Source: an uncultured bacterium
GTDB lineage: Bacteria > Patescibacteriota > Dojkabacteria > SC72
Reading direction: 5' to 3'
Assembly: GCA_903840015.1 (NCBI GenBank)
Contig: CAIMEL010000024.1
Location: 1,057 to 65,056, forward strand
Length of the DNA stretch: 64,000 bases
Both the position numbers and the translations under genes were made by a program. How positions within the stretch are numbered: position 1 is the stretch's first letter; every line of letters starts with the position of its first letter. Under the pieces are notes generated by a model that was given only the letters and a program-made list of their open reading frames with translations, was not told where the DNA came from and searched no databases. Of the stretch, positions 29,157 to 38,029 are shown piece after piece.

Positions 29157-30125
29157 TTACTCGGTGGGCATTTCAAACTTACCGAGTTCGAGACCACTAC
29201 AGGATGTGAATTTACTCACAAGAACTCCTGCGTCCCGAATTCGGACTAAATCAGGCCATTCTGCCCATGAAAATGGACCTGAGTGGATACCAGCAATGAT
29301 GATGAAGTCTCCAGTCGGCGGGGCCGAGAGGAAGTACTGACCATCAACCATGGTAGCTGGTATATACACATCCCGATAGATTACAGAGAATTCCTCTGGG
29401 CTAAACATATACACCCTTTGGATTTCCCACCACGGGAAGAGCCAACCGTCGATTTCGCAACTCCACGTCCAGGAGCACTTGTCCACAAGTGTCCACATGA
29501 TATGAAGGTTCCCAGCATCTGGATGAGTCATGAACTCGACTGTGAAGTCGGAGCCACAAGCTTCATCGCAGGCAGGGGTGTACGGAATGGCGGGAGGTAC
29601 GTACGGTGGTTTTGGAGGTTTAGGTGTTTCTGGTTCAACACACAAAGGGTCATCGGCCAACAATGTTGGATCCTACTCACAGACCTCAGGGTCTGGTTCA
29701 ACACACAAAGGGTCATCGGCCAACAATGTTGGATCCCATTCACAAACCTCTGGATCTGGAGGTACGGTGACTAACCTAAACGATGCGTGGGAGAGATCTT
29801 GAATCTTCCCATTCTGATTGGTGACACTGCTCGTTACCGTAGCGCTTCCTGTCGGTGGATTTACATTCCCATACACGACAGTCGTGGATGCCTTGTAGCA
29901 TGTTTCAGCCACCAAGTATCCAGCGGGAGCGTTGAAGGTATACGACGTACCAGACAAACCGTCCACTTTAGTCCAATCACCTCCTGAAGGACAAGTATCT
30001 TGCCCACCTCCATTGGCAAGAACGGTTGATGTGCCGACTGCCGCAAGGGCGAACAGAAAAACCAGAAATACTGCAAGAACTTTCTTCATTTTTCCCATCC
30101 TTTTCTCTCTCTTGTTAAAGAACAC
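29157..30125 (-). pseudogene. secreted Cys-rich repeat protein interrupted by a single in-frame TAG; both pieces are in one frame, so this is a pseudogene, a stop-codon readthrough or a sequencing error
   Basis: Signal peptide MKKVLAVFLVFLFALAAVGTSTVLA. ORF 29673..30125 and ORF 29157..29663 share a frame, separated by TAG at complement(29673..29675). Tandem 21-aa repeat CEWDPTLLADDPLCVEPDPEV / CE*DPTLLADDPLCVEP. About 50% GC against about 33% around it. Confidence 0.5.
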
Positions 30126-30226
30126 CGTATTATACTAATTTTTGAGAAGCACCTCAATAACTATGGGATTAAATATTGTTTTTACAATCTGGCAAAAATA
30201 CCATATTCCTAGTAAAATATTCATAT

Positions 30227-30302
30227 GCGAGAGTAGTTCAGTTGGTAGAATGTCTGCTTCCCAAGTAGAAGGTCGCGGGTTCGAATCCCGTCTCTCGCTC
30301 CA
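30227..30302 (+). tRNA. tRNA-Gly (anticodon CCC), CCA encoded
   Basis: GCGAGAG-TA-GTTC AGTTGGTA GAAT-G-TCTGC TTCCCAA GTAGA-AGGTC-GCGGG TTCGAAT CCCGT-CTCTCGC-T-CCA. Confidence 0.85.
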
Positions 30303-30322
30303 TAATATATAGTTAAAGCAAA

Positions 30323-31045
30323 ATGACAGACCCTATTCTAGATCCATCAGAAAATCCTTTCAAAGAAACCTTAATTGTAAGAACAGAGGATACAGAATAT
30401 CCATGTTTAGAGTATGACCCAACAAAGAAAACCTTGATTGTATTGATTGGTGGATCTGGTTCTGGTAAAGATACAATTATGGACGCCATCCTTGAACAAG
30501 GTAATGCTATCCATGTACAAACAGCAACATCAAGAAACATTCGTAAAGGGGAAGATCCAAACAAATATCTTTGGATGAGAAAGCAGAGAGAGGGAGAAGA
30601 CTTTGAAGAATACAAAAAGAATCTCTTACGAGAGTATGACCTAGTAGAACAAGACCCCCATGATGGAAGTGTTTACGGTTTACCAAGATTAAATATTGAA
30701 AAAGCTCTAGCAAATATTGAAGATACCAGATTCCCAATATTGAGGATGGAGATAAAGGGAGCGAAACGTGTACAAGAAATCTTTGGTGAAGATTACAATG
30801 TTGTGGTGATTGGTATAAAGCCAGAGGATGAAAAAGAATTCGAAACCGCTATTAGAACAAGACAACAGGACGATCCATTACCGGAAGAAGAAATCCGAAC
30901 TCGTGTAATTGAGGCTTCACAGAAACAGAAACTTAACGATTCCTTTGCACATTTCACAATAGTGAATAGTAGAAAACCAGGAGGTTTGGAGAGATCAGTA
31001 AATTCTCTAGCATATTTACTTAGAACACTTGCTGGTACAAATTAA
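30323..31045 (+). CDS. gmk: divergent guanylate kinase-like P-loop kinase
   Basis: P-loop LIGGSGSGKDT; ATSRNIRKGE (compare TTRPPRPGE), YGLP (YGT), ILRMEIKGAK (lid/NMP-binding region), FAHFTIVN (YDYVIVND). Confidence 0.45.
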   Translation: MTDPILDPSENPFKETLIVRTEDTEYPCLEYDPTKKTLIVLIGGSGSGKDTIMDAILEQGNAIHVQTATSRNIRKGEDPNKYLWMRKQREGEDFEEYKKNLLREYDLVEQDPHDGSVYGLPRLNIEKALANIEDTRFPILRMEIKGAKRVQEIFGEDYNVVVIGIKPEDEKEFETAIRTRQQDDPLPEEEIRTRVIEASQKQKLNDSFAHFTIVNSRKPGGLERSVNSLAYLLRTLAGTN

Positions 31046-31090
31046 TATTCTTGTTAAAAAAGCGACTCTTTGTTACAATAACGTTACAAT

Positions 31091-31163
31091 GCTGATGTAG
31101 CTCAGTCGGTAGAGCATTCCCTTCGTAAGGGACAGGTCGATGGTTCGAGGCCATCCATCAGCT
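31091..31163 (+). tRNA. tRNA-Thr (anticodon CGU)
   Basis: GCTGATG-TA-GCTC AGTCGGTA GAGC-A-TTCCC TTCGTAA GGGAC-AGGTC-GATGG TTCGAGG CCATC-CATCAGC-T. Confidence 0.85.
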
Positions 31164-31174
31164 TACCTTGATAT

Positions 31175-32260
31175 ATGAAAACACCAAAATACAAATTAAC
31201 AAATCTAATACTCAACTACATAGTTAGATATGAATTAGCTATTAATGAGATTAAATATCACCCTCTTCCTGAAAAATATCAAACAACATTAAGCGAGAAA
31301 CTTGGAGCAGAGGACACAGAACATCTCGCAGAACTCATATCCTACCCTCTTGGATACAACAAAGCACTCCTCATAGAGAGAGGACAAGAAATGCCATCTC
31401 AAAAGAAGGCTTTTAAGATATTTACAAATTTCCGTAATGCTAAAGATTTCGTCAAATCATATGACAACAGCAATGCCTTAAAACCCTCAATGGATTTAGC
31501 AACCCACCTAAACAAGTTAGTTATGAAAGGGCTGGTTGATGATTGGGATATTGGAAAACTCAGATCCTTTTCAGAAAAACCAAATGAAATATATGATACC
31601 TGGTACAAAAAAAGAGACTTCTATCCAAACCTAGAACCTGTAGCACATTTCAACGAGATATTCGAATGGATACAAAATGGAAAAGATAGTAATCACAGGC
31701 TAATAAAAATTGGAGTATTGCTTTACGAATTCATAGACAAAGCACCATTTGCTTGTGGTAATCAAATTACAACCATTCTAATACTAGAAATGTTAACTAA
31801 GAAATATGGATACAATCCTGACAATATCCTTCCTCTTTTTAAGGCCATAGATAATATATCCGAGGATATACTTGCAGCATTTAAAATCTCTAAGAGTAAT
31901 CTAGATTTAACAACTTTCCTTGAGGCATTTCTGTACACACTCTCACTGTGTGCGATAGATGTATCTAGAGAAATAACCATCACACATAAAAACAAGGTAA
32001 AAAAACAAGGCTCACTTGAGCTTCAACTAAATCCCAGACAGATTAAACTCCTCGACTATCTTGCAATTAATCAAAAAGTTACCAGAAACAAAGTTACAAG
32101 AATGATGGGTGTCTCATTCATGACCTCATACAGAGACTTACAAGATATGTTAGAGAAAAACTATTTGAAACAGAAAGGGAAAGGAAGAGGAACATACTAT
32201 GTACTTAGTAAGGAAATGGTACCAGATACTGATGAAATCTTGGTGGAAGAAATTGAATAA
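31175..32260 (+). CDS. Fic-fold protein with a degenerate active-site motif and a C-terminal winged-HTH
   Basis: LLYEFIDKAPFACGNQITTILILEMLTKKYGY aligns to the Fic core (..IHPFxDGNGRxxRll..) with H to A, D to C, G to Q and R to I. The C-terminal ~80 aa (LDYLAINQKVTRNKVTRMMGVSFMTSYRDLQDMLEKNYL) looks like a wHTH. Confidence 0.4.
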   Translation: MKTPKYKLTNLILNYIVRYELAINEIKYHPLPEKYQTTLSEKLGAEDTEHLAELISYPLGYNKALLIERGQEMPSQKKAFKIFTNFRNAKDFVKSYDNSNALKPSMDLATHLNKLVMKGLVDDWDIGKLRSFSEKPNEIYDTWYKKRDFYPNLEPVAHFNEIFEWIQNGKDSNHRLIKIGVLLYEFIDKAPFACGNQITTILILEMLTKKYGYNPDNILPLFKAIDNISEDILAAFKISKSNLDLTTFLEAFLYTLSLCAIDVSREITITHKNKVKKQGSLELQLNPRQIKLLDYLAINQKVTRNKVTRMMGVSFMTSYRDLQDMLEKNYLKQKGKGRGTYYVLSKEMVPDTDEILVEEIE

Positions 32261-32287
32261 CGTAGTTAAAATTGATAATATATCCTC

Positions 32288-33790
32288 ATGTCTGAAAGCG
32301 AAAAATATGATGTAATAATTGGATTAGAGATACATATTCAAACTAACACCAAATCCAAGATGTTCTGTTCCTGCCCTACTGGATATTTTCAGAAAGAACC
32401 AAACACCCATGTTTGTCCTGTATGTTTAGGACTCCCTGGAGCTCTTCCTGTACCAAACAAGAGAGCTATTGAGTTATGTATTTTAATGGGATTAGCAACC
32501 AATTGTGATATCGACAAGGAGATATACTTTGACAGAAAACACTATTTCTACCCAGATCTTCCAAAAGGATATCAGATAAGTCAGTACAAACGAGCTATTT
32601 GTACAGATGGATATATAGATTTAAAGAATGGGAACAGAGTAGAGATAGAGAGAATACATCAGGAGGAAGATGTCGCAAAATCAACACACCATTCCGAGAA
32701 CAACAAAGAATACTCACTAATTGATTACAACAAATCGGGAGTCCCATTAATCGAGATTGTAACCAAACCTTGTATTAAGAGTGCACAGGAAGCAAAAGAA
32801 TTTGCAACGAAGATAAGGCAGATAAGTAGATATTTGAATATATCCTTCGCAGATATGGAAAAAGGACAAATGCGATGTGAACCAAATATCTCAGTCCAAG
32901 AGAAAGGAAAATGGGAATACAAAGATGGAAAAATTTTGCCAATTGGTGATTACAAATTAAACAGTAAAGTCGAGGTTAAGAACATTGGCTCAATAACCGC
33001 AGTGGAGAAAGCAATTGAGTATGAAGTTAAGAGATTGGTTGATGATATTGAGAATGGAAAAGAGATAATTCAACAAACACGAGGATGGAATGCTGAGAAA
33101 GGTGTTACAGAATTTCAGAGAAGTAAAGAAACTGCAGACGATTACAGATATATGCCGGAACCAGACATCTTAGTCATAGATGTTACTGAAGAGGATATTG
33201 AAAGAATATCTTCTGAAATAGTAGAACTTCCAGATGAAAAAACTGAAAGATATATATCCTCTTGGGGAATATCAGAATATTCAGCAGAAGTTATCTCATC
33301 TACAAAGGAGAATGCAACATATTTTGAAAATTTACAAAAAGTCCTAAGTCCAAAACTCGGAGAGAAAGATGCTGCAATAGAAGCATCAAATTGGTTAATG
33401 GGAACTCTCTACTCCATATCAAATGAGAAAGGTATCACTGTCTCTGAAATGGATATAGATATTACAGAGCTTGCCCTTCTCATACTTTCCTTCAAGGAAG
33501 GTATCTTTACAAAGAATAAAGCAGAAGAACTTCTTAGAGAGTGTATTGAGAATGGAAAAGATATAACTGCAGAGATAGAGAATTTGAAACAAGCAAAGAA
33601 CGATACCTCTGGAGATATAGATAATATTGTAGAGGAATGTATTGTGCAAAATCCAAAAGCTGTCGAAGATTACAAATCTGGGAAAGATGCATCAATAGGA
33701 TTTCTAGTTGGTAAGATTATGCAAGCTACAAAGGGAACAGCAAATCCAAATGAAGTAAGAAATATATTAATAGAGAAATTAAAAAGATGA
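32288..33790 (+). CDS. gatB: Asp/Glu-tRNA amidotransferase subunit B
   Basis: N-terminal IGLEIHIQTNTKSKMFC..CPVCLGLPGALP and a C-terminal GatB/YqeY domain; 500 aa. Confidence 0.9.
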   Translation: MSESEKYDVIIGLEIHIQTNTKSKMFCSCPTGYFQKEPNTHVCPVCLGLPGALPVPNKRAIELCILMGLATNCDIDKEIYFDRKHYFYPDLPKGYQISQYKRAICTDGYIDLKNGNRVEIERIHQEEDVAKSTHHSENNKEYSLIDYNKSGVPLIEIVTKPCIKSAQEAKEFATKIRQISRYLNISFADMEKGQMRCEPNISVQEKGKWEYKDGKILPIGDYKLNSKVEVKNIGSITAVEKAIEYEVKRLVDDIENGKEIIQQTRGWNAEKGVTEFQRSKETADDYRYMPEPDILVIDVTEEDIERISSEIVELPDEKTERYISSWGISEYSAEVISSTKENATYFENLQKVLSPKLGEKDAAIEASNWLMGTLYSISNEKGITVSEMDIDITELALLILSFKEGIFTKNKAEELLRECIENGKDITAEIENLKQAKNDTSGDIDNIVEECIVQNPKAVEDYKSGKDASIGFLVGKIMQATKGTANPNEVRNILIEKLKR

Positions 33791-34080
33791 AAATAGATGT
33801 AAAACACATAGCTGATCTATCAAGAATTACTCTCTCAGAGGAAGAATTGAAACAGTTCACTCCACAAATGGAAACAATACTTGAGTCAGTAGAGATATTA
33901 ACAACCGTTAATACGGATTCTGTTCAACCAATGAAGAAACACATACCTCTTGAGAAATTAAGAGATGATGTTTCCAGGGAAGGGCTTACACAGGAAGAAG
34001 TTCTAAAAAATGCAAAATATACAGAACAAGGTTATGTAAAAATCTATGGTAAGATTTTTGGAGATATCGAAGAGAGTTAA
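33787..34080 (+). CDS. gatC: Asp/Glu-tRNA amidotransferase subunit C
   Basis: 97 aa, ATGA overlap with gatB; LSRITLSEEELKQFTPQMETILESVEIL is typical of GatC. Confidence 0.8.
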   Translation: MKIDVKHIADLSRITLSEEELKQFTPQMETILESVEILTTVNTDSVQPMKKHIPLEKLRDDVSREGLTQEEVLKNAKYTEQGYVKIYGKIFGDIEES

Positions 34081-34132
34081 TCAAAGTCTATCCAAATTCA
34101 TCATAATTTAGTAGAATGTATAGCTATTTTAT

Positions 34133-34218
34133 GCCGAGATGGTGAAATTGGCAGACACGCTTGCCTTAGGAGCAAGTGGGAGTAATTTCCCTTGGAGGTT
34201 CGAGTCCTCTTCTCGGCA
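34133..34218 (+). tRNA. tRNA-Leu (anticodon UAG), long variable arm
   Basis: GCCGAGA-TG-GTG AAATTGGCAGACAC-GCTTG CCTTAGG AGCAAG-long variable arm-GGAGG TTCGAGT CCTCT-TCTCGGC-A. Confidence 0.8.
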
Positions 34219-34239
34219 TATATATTTAAACAGAAGAAC

Positions 34240-34476
34240 ATGATTAAAAACCTAATTAGACCTTTTCAAGAAGTACTATTAGAAAGAAAGCTATGTGTTG
34301 GGTGTACAAATCCACTTGATCAGGCAAAAAAGATGGGAAATCTCTCTGATAACAGATTCATAGTACAGTGTAGATGTAAAAGGAGATATGTTTTTGACAA
34401 AGAAATCGGTCTGTTCCAAAGAGCATCCCTTGCAGAAGAACAACAGATACTGAGAGAGATTGCAAAGAGAAAGTAA
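34240..34476 (+). CDS. small basic Cys-containing protein (possible zinc ribbon); the ORF-track start at 34192 lies inside tRNA-Leu, so the start is moved to the internal Met
   Basis: MIKNLIRPFQEVLLERKLCVGCTNPLD...VQCRCKRRYVF: CxxC ... CxC spacing. Confidence 0.3.
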   Translation: MIKNLIRPFQEVLLERKLCVGCTNPLDQAKKMGNLSDNRFIVQCRCKRRYVFDKEIGLFQRASLAEEQQILREIAKRK

Positions 34477-34517
34477 CTTCACAAAATACTCCAATTATAG
34501 TAGAATCTTTCAGTTAT

Positions 34518-34590
34518 GCCGCTATCGTCTAGTGGTCTAGGACAACAGGTTTTCATCCTGTAAACCGGGGTTCGATTCCCCGTAGCGGTA
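34518..34590 (+). tRNA. tRNA-Glu (anticodon UUC)
   Basis: GCCGCTA-T-CGTC TAGTGGTCTA GGAC-A-ACAGG TTTTCAT CCTGT-AAAC-CGGGG TTCGATT CCCCG-TAGCGGT-A. Confidence 0.8.
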
Positions 34591-34668
34591 ATTGTGTCAA
34601 AGAATTGCATATTCCCCAAATTTCGATTAGTATTATTAAGTGTATATTTACTTTAACTGCCAATCATA

Positions 34669-35283
34669 ATGTACGAACAAGAACAAACTGTAAAAACTAC
34701 TCAGACAGAGAAAATCTCCTCCATTTTCTCTTCCATAAGTCAGTTCATTCTCTCTTTTCTTGAAACGGTTGTAGTAGCATTAGTAATCTCCGTTGTCCTC
34801 TACCTCTTCATAATGACCCCTCACGAGGTTGTGGGGAACTCAATGCATCCTACATACAAGAATGGGGAGTATTTAATGGCCAACAAAATATCATATCGAA
34901 TTGGAGAGCCACAGAGAGGTGATGTGATCATATTTAAATATTCTGAAACTCAAGACTTCATCAAACGCGTAATTGGATTACCAGGAGACACAGTAATGTT
35001 GAAAGATGGACATATATATATAAATGATAAAATCCTTGACGAATCTGGATATCTTAGTGATTCTGTATATACAAATGGTGGTAATTTCCTAAAAGAAGGA
35101 GAAAGTAAAACAGTTCCTGATGGTCAATATTTTGTTTGTGGAGATAACAGACCACATAGTTCAGATTCAAGAGAATTCGGTCCAATTAAGACAGAAGATA
35201 TCAAAGGAAAGGCCTGGATTGTGTATTTTCCTTTCTCTGAGTTCCGAATTGTACAACATGAGACATATACAAATACAGAGTAG
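34669..35283 (+). CDS. lepB: Signal peptidase I
   Basis: Box B VVGNSMHPTY, box C GDVIIFKY, box D RVIGLPGDTV, box E FVCGDNRPHSSDSR. Confidence 0.85.
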   Translation: MYEQEQTVKTTQTEKISSIFSSISQFILSFLETVVVALVISVVLYLFIMTPHEVVGNSMHPTYKNGEYLMANKISYRIGEPQRGDVIIFKYSETQDFIKRVIGLPGDTVMLKDGHIYINDKILDESGYLSDSVYTNGGNFLKEGESKTVPDGQYFVCGDNRPHSSDSREFGPIKTEDIKGKAWIVYFPFSEFRIVQHETYTNTE

Positions 35284-35315
35284 ATATGTTGTGTGAAACA
35301 TGCTAAAGTAGAAAT

Positions 35316-36110
35316 ATGGAAATATTTGTCATTGCAAATCAAAAAGGAGGCGTAGGCAAAACTACTACAGTTATGAATTTAGGTGCGAGCTTAGCACTTA
35401 AGAGAAAAAAGGTCCTACTAATCGATTTAGATCCACAATCAAATCTTTCCTCTGGTTTAGGATTTACACAGCAATTTGACAAACAAAGTTGGAATTCCCA
35501 AGACGAAGCACCTTACAAAAGCATATACAATGTTCTGGTTGATGGGGAGAAAATCTCCTCTGTTTTTGTTTCCACCAGCACCCCTAACCTATTCTTAGTA
35601 CCATCCCATCTCTCATTAGCTGGAGCAGAGATTGAAATGGTAAATATGCTAAGCCGTGAGTCTCTGCTGAAGAAAGCCATAGCTGAGTTCAAAGAAGATT
35701 TTGACTACGTCATAATAGATTGCCCACCATCACTTGGACTTTTAACAATTAATGCACTTTGTGCTGCTAACAAACTACTCATACCTATACAGTGTGAATA
35801 CTTTGCTCTTGAAGGTCTTGGACAGCTCATAGAGACAACAAAACTCGTAAAAGGTATAAATCCAAACTTAGTCATAGGTGGTGTAATTTTAACAATGTAT
35901 GATAGTAGAACGAAGCTTTCCGAAAGTGTTGTGAATGATGTGAAGGATTTTTTCCAAGATCTTGCATTTAATTCCATTGTACCTAGAAATGTCCGCCTTT
36001 CTGAAGCACCATCATACGGGAAGACAATCTTCCAATATGATGAGAAATCTACAGGTGCTTTAGCATACAAACAGTTAGCAAAGGAATTTATTCAAAGATT
36101 TAAAGTTTAA
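35316..36110 (+). CDS. parA: Chromosome partitioning ATPase ParA/Soj
   Basis: Deviant Walker A IANQKGGVGKTTT. Confidence 0.9.
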   Translation: MEIFVIANQKGGVGKTTTVMNLGASLALKRKKVLLIDLDPQSNLSSGLGFTQQFDKQSWNSQDEAPYKSIYNVLVDGEKISSVFVSTSTPNLFLVPSHLSLAGAEIEMVNMLSRESLLKKAIAEFKEDFDYVIIDCPPSLGLLTINALCAANKLLIPIQCEYFALEGLGQLIETTKLVKGINPNLVIGGVILTMYDSRTKLSESVVNDVKDFFQDLAFNSIVPRNVRLSEAPSYGKTIFQYDEKSTGALAYKQLAKEFIQRFKV

Positions 36111-36127
36111 ATTTAATACAAATAAAT

Positions 36128-36982
36128 ATGGCAGAGCAAGCAAGATTGGGAAAAGGTTTAGCAGCATTAATCAATTCTAATGAGATAGATAACTCAAGTA
36201 GTGCATTCGTTGAGAATTTTGACATAAACAGTATAGATGCAAATCCATACCAACCAAGAATGCATATAGATCCTGAAGAATTGATACAGATTGCAGATAC
36301 AATTAGAGAGCATGGAATAATACAACCTCTCATCATTACAAAAGACAAAAATTCTGATCGATACTTCTTAATAGCTGGTGAAAGGAGACTTAGGGCAGCA
36401 CAACTTGCAGGTCTAAGAAGTGTCCCTGTTGTACTGAAAGATAGCTCTCCTCAAGAGATGCTTGAGATAGCAATTATTGAAAATGTACAAAGAAAAGATT
36501 TAAACCCTCTTGAAGAAGCATATGCCTACAAACAGATGCAGGATGAGTTTGGTATCTCACAAGATGATATAGCTAGAAAAGTTGGATACAGTAGAGTTGC
36601 AATAACAAACAAGATTAGGCTATTAGCAATTCCAGAGGAGATTAAAGAAGATATTTTGAATGAAAACCTTAGTGAAGGCCATGCTAGAGCATTACTTGGA
36701 ATCAAAGATACTACCTCCATGATTGCAGCTGCAGACCTCATAATCAAAAGAGGTATGAGTGTGAGAGAGACAGAAGCACTCGTAAGAAAAATAAACTATG
36801 GAAAGGGATCTACCACACGTTCCTGGAAGAAAACAGATAATGAAACAGAGAAATATTCAACAGAATTAAGCAAGAAACTAGGTTACACAGCACATATTAC
36901 AAAGATGACCAAGGGAGGGAAAGTCGTAATTAGATACAATACAAGAGCTGAATTACAAGAATTAATGCAAAAGCTTCTTTAG
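36128..36982 (+). CDS. parB: Chromosome partitioning protein ParB/Spo0J
   Basis: ParB box GERRLRAAQLAG; HTH region. Confidence 0.9.
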   Translation: MAEQARLGKGLAALINSNEIDNSSSAFVENFDINSIDANPYQPRMHIDPEELIQIADTIREHGIIQPLIITKDKNSDRYFLIAGERRLRAAQLAGLRSVPVVLKDSSPQEMLEIAIIENVQRKDLNPLEEAYAYKQMQDEFGISQDDIARKVGYSRVAITNKIRLLAIPEEIKEDILNENLSEGHARALLGIKDTTSMIAAADLIIKRGMSVRETEALVRKINYGKGSTTRSWKKTDNETEKYSTELSKKLGYTAHITKMTKGGKVVIRYNTRAELQELMQKLL

Positions 36983-37728
36983 AAACCTTTTACTTCTTGT
37001 CTTAATTTCTCATATACCAATACAGAAGCAGTAGCGCTTACATTAAGAGAGCCTATACCTTCACGCATTGGTAAGGAAATATTGGCATCTACCCTTTCAA
37101 GCATACCTGGAGAGATTCCAACATCTTCAGCTCCTAAAACAAATGCCACAGGACCTCTCAAATCAACATCGTAATAGTTCTGACCCTCCATATGTACTGC
37201 ATACACCTTAATATCATTCTCTTTGAGAGTTTTAAGGGCATTAAAAAGATTCATCTCCACTAAAGGAACTCTTTCAGCTGCTCCCATTGAAATACGAATA
37301 GTCTCATCTGAAATTAAACCTTTATCTTGAGGATTGATTATTATGCCATTAACACCAGAAGCAAAAGCTGTTCTCATAACCGCAGCAATATTCTGGGAAT
37401 ATTTAAGATTATCCAAAATCAAAAAGAATGGAATCTTTCTCTCTTCATAAATCTTGTCTAGAAGTTCTTTTAAATTCCAATCATTATTTGAAACCATATA
37501 TCCTATTAGACTCTCTGAAGAGGAAGTTCGTAATTTCCTATTTAAAGCACGTCTTGAAACTTTGAGGATTGGAACCCTATTCTTAGAAGCTAATTCAAAA
37601 ATCTCTCTACTCTTCTCATCTTTAAAAGCATTACTAGCGGCATATATCTTGTCAAACTCTCTGCCTTCTTTAAGAAGCTCTAAAAGAGCATTCTTACTCT
37701 CAATCTGTATGAATTTGGATTTAGACAT
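36979..37728 (-). CDS. SpoU/TrmH-family RNA 2'-O-methyltransferase (RlmB-like)
   Basis: SPOUT motifs VAFVLGAEDVGIS and LPMREGIGSLNVSATASVLVYE. Confidence 0.75.
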   Translation of the reverse strand: MSKSKFIQIESKNALLELLKEGREFDKIYAASNAFKDEKSREIFELASKNRVPILKVSRRALNRKLRTSSSESLIGYMVSNNDWNLKELLDKIYEERKIPFFLILDNLKYSQNIAAVMRTAFASGVNGIIINPQDKGLISDETIRISMGAAERVPLVEMNLFNALKTLKENDIKVYAVHMEGQNYYDVDLRGPVAFVLGAEDVGISPGMLERVDANISLPMREGIGSLNVSATASVLVYEKLRQEVKGF

Positions 37729-37732
37729 AATA

Positions 37733-37999
37733 CTACTTTGATTCTACCACATCTACATAGTATTGATTTCTCTTGAATGAAGTCATTCTTCGAAATTTCA
37801 CAACACCATCTTTCTTAGCGTGTATAGCAAAGGTTTTACCCATATATGTGTTTACTCCTGGGTGATATACAGATCCATTCTGTTTAATAATAATATTCCC
37901 AGCAGTTACCATTTCACCTGCATATTTCTTTACACCTAATCTCTTACCAGCAACATTACCATGATTTGATGTTGTGCCAGCTGCTGCAACATGTGACAT
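37733..37999 (-). CDS. rpmA: 50S ribosomal protein L27
   Basis: MSHVAAAGTTSNHGNVAGKRLGVKKYAGEMVTAGNIIIKQNGSVYHPGVN. Confidence 0.9.
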   Translation of the reverse strand: MSHVAAAGTTSNHGNVAGKRLGVKKYAGEMVTAGNIIIKQNGSVYHPGVNTYMGKTFAIHAKKDGVVKFRRMTSFKRNQYYVDVVESK

Positions 38000-38029
38000 T
38001 TCATTATTAAATCAACTTAAATCTAGAAC

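Noticed and set aside
29283-29802. Plus-strand ORFs of 163 and 90 aa (and 29083..29340, 29787..29987, 29932..30138) overlapping the GC-rich island
   Set aside because: They are antisense to a gene with a clear signal peptide and domain structure. Open frames on the opposite strand are expected in a locally GC-rich segment. Their translations are low-complexity (G/S/W-rich).
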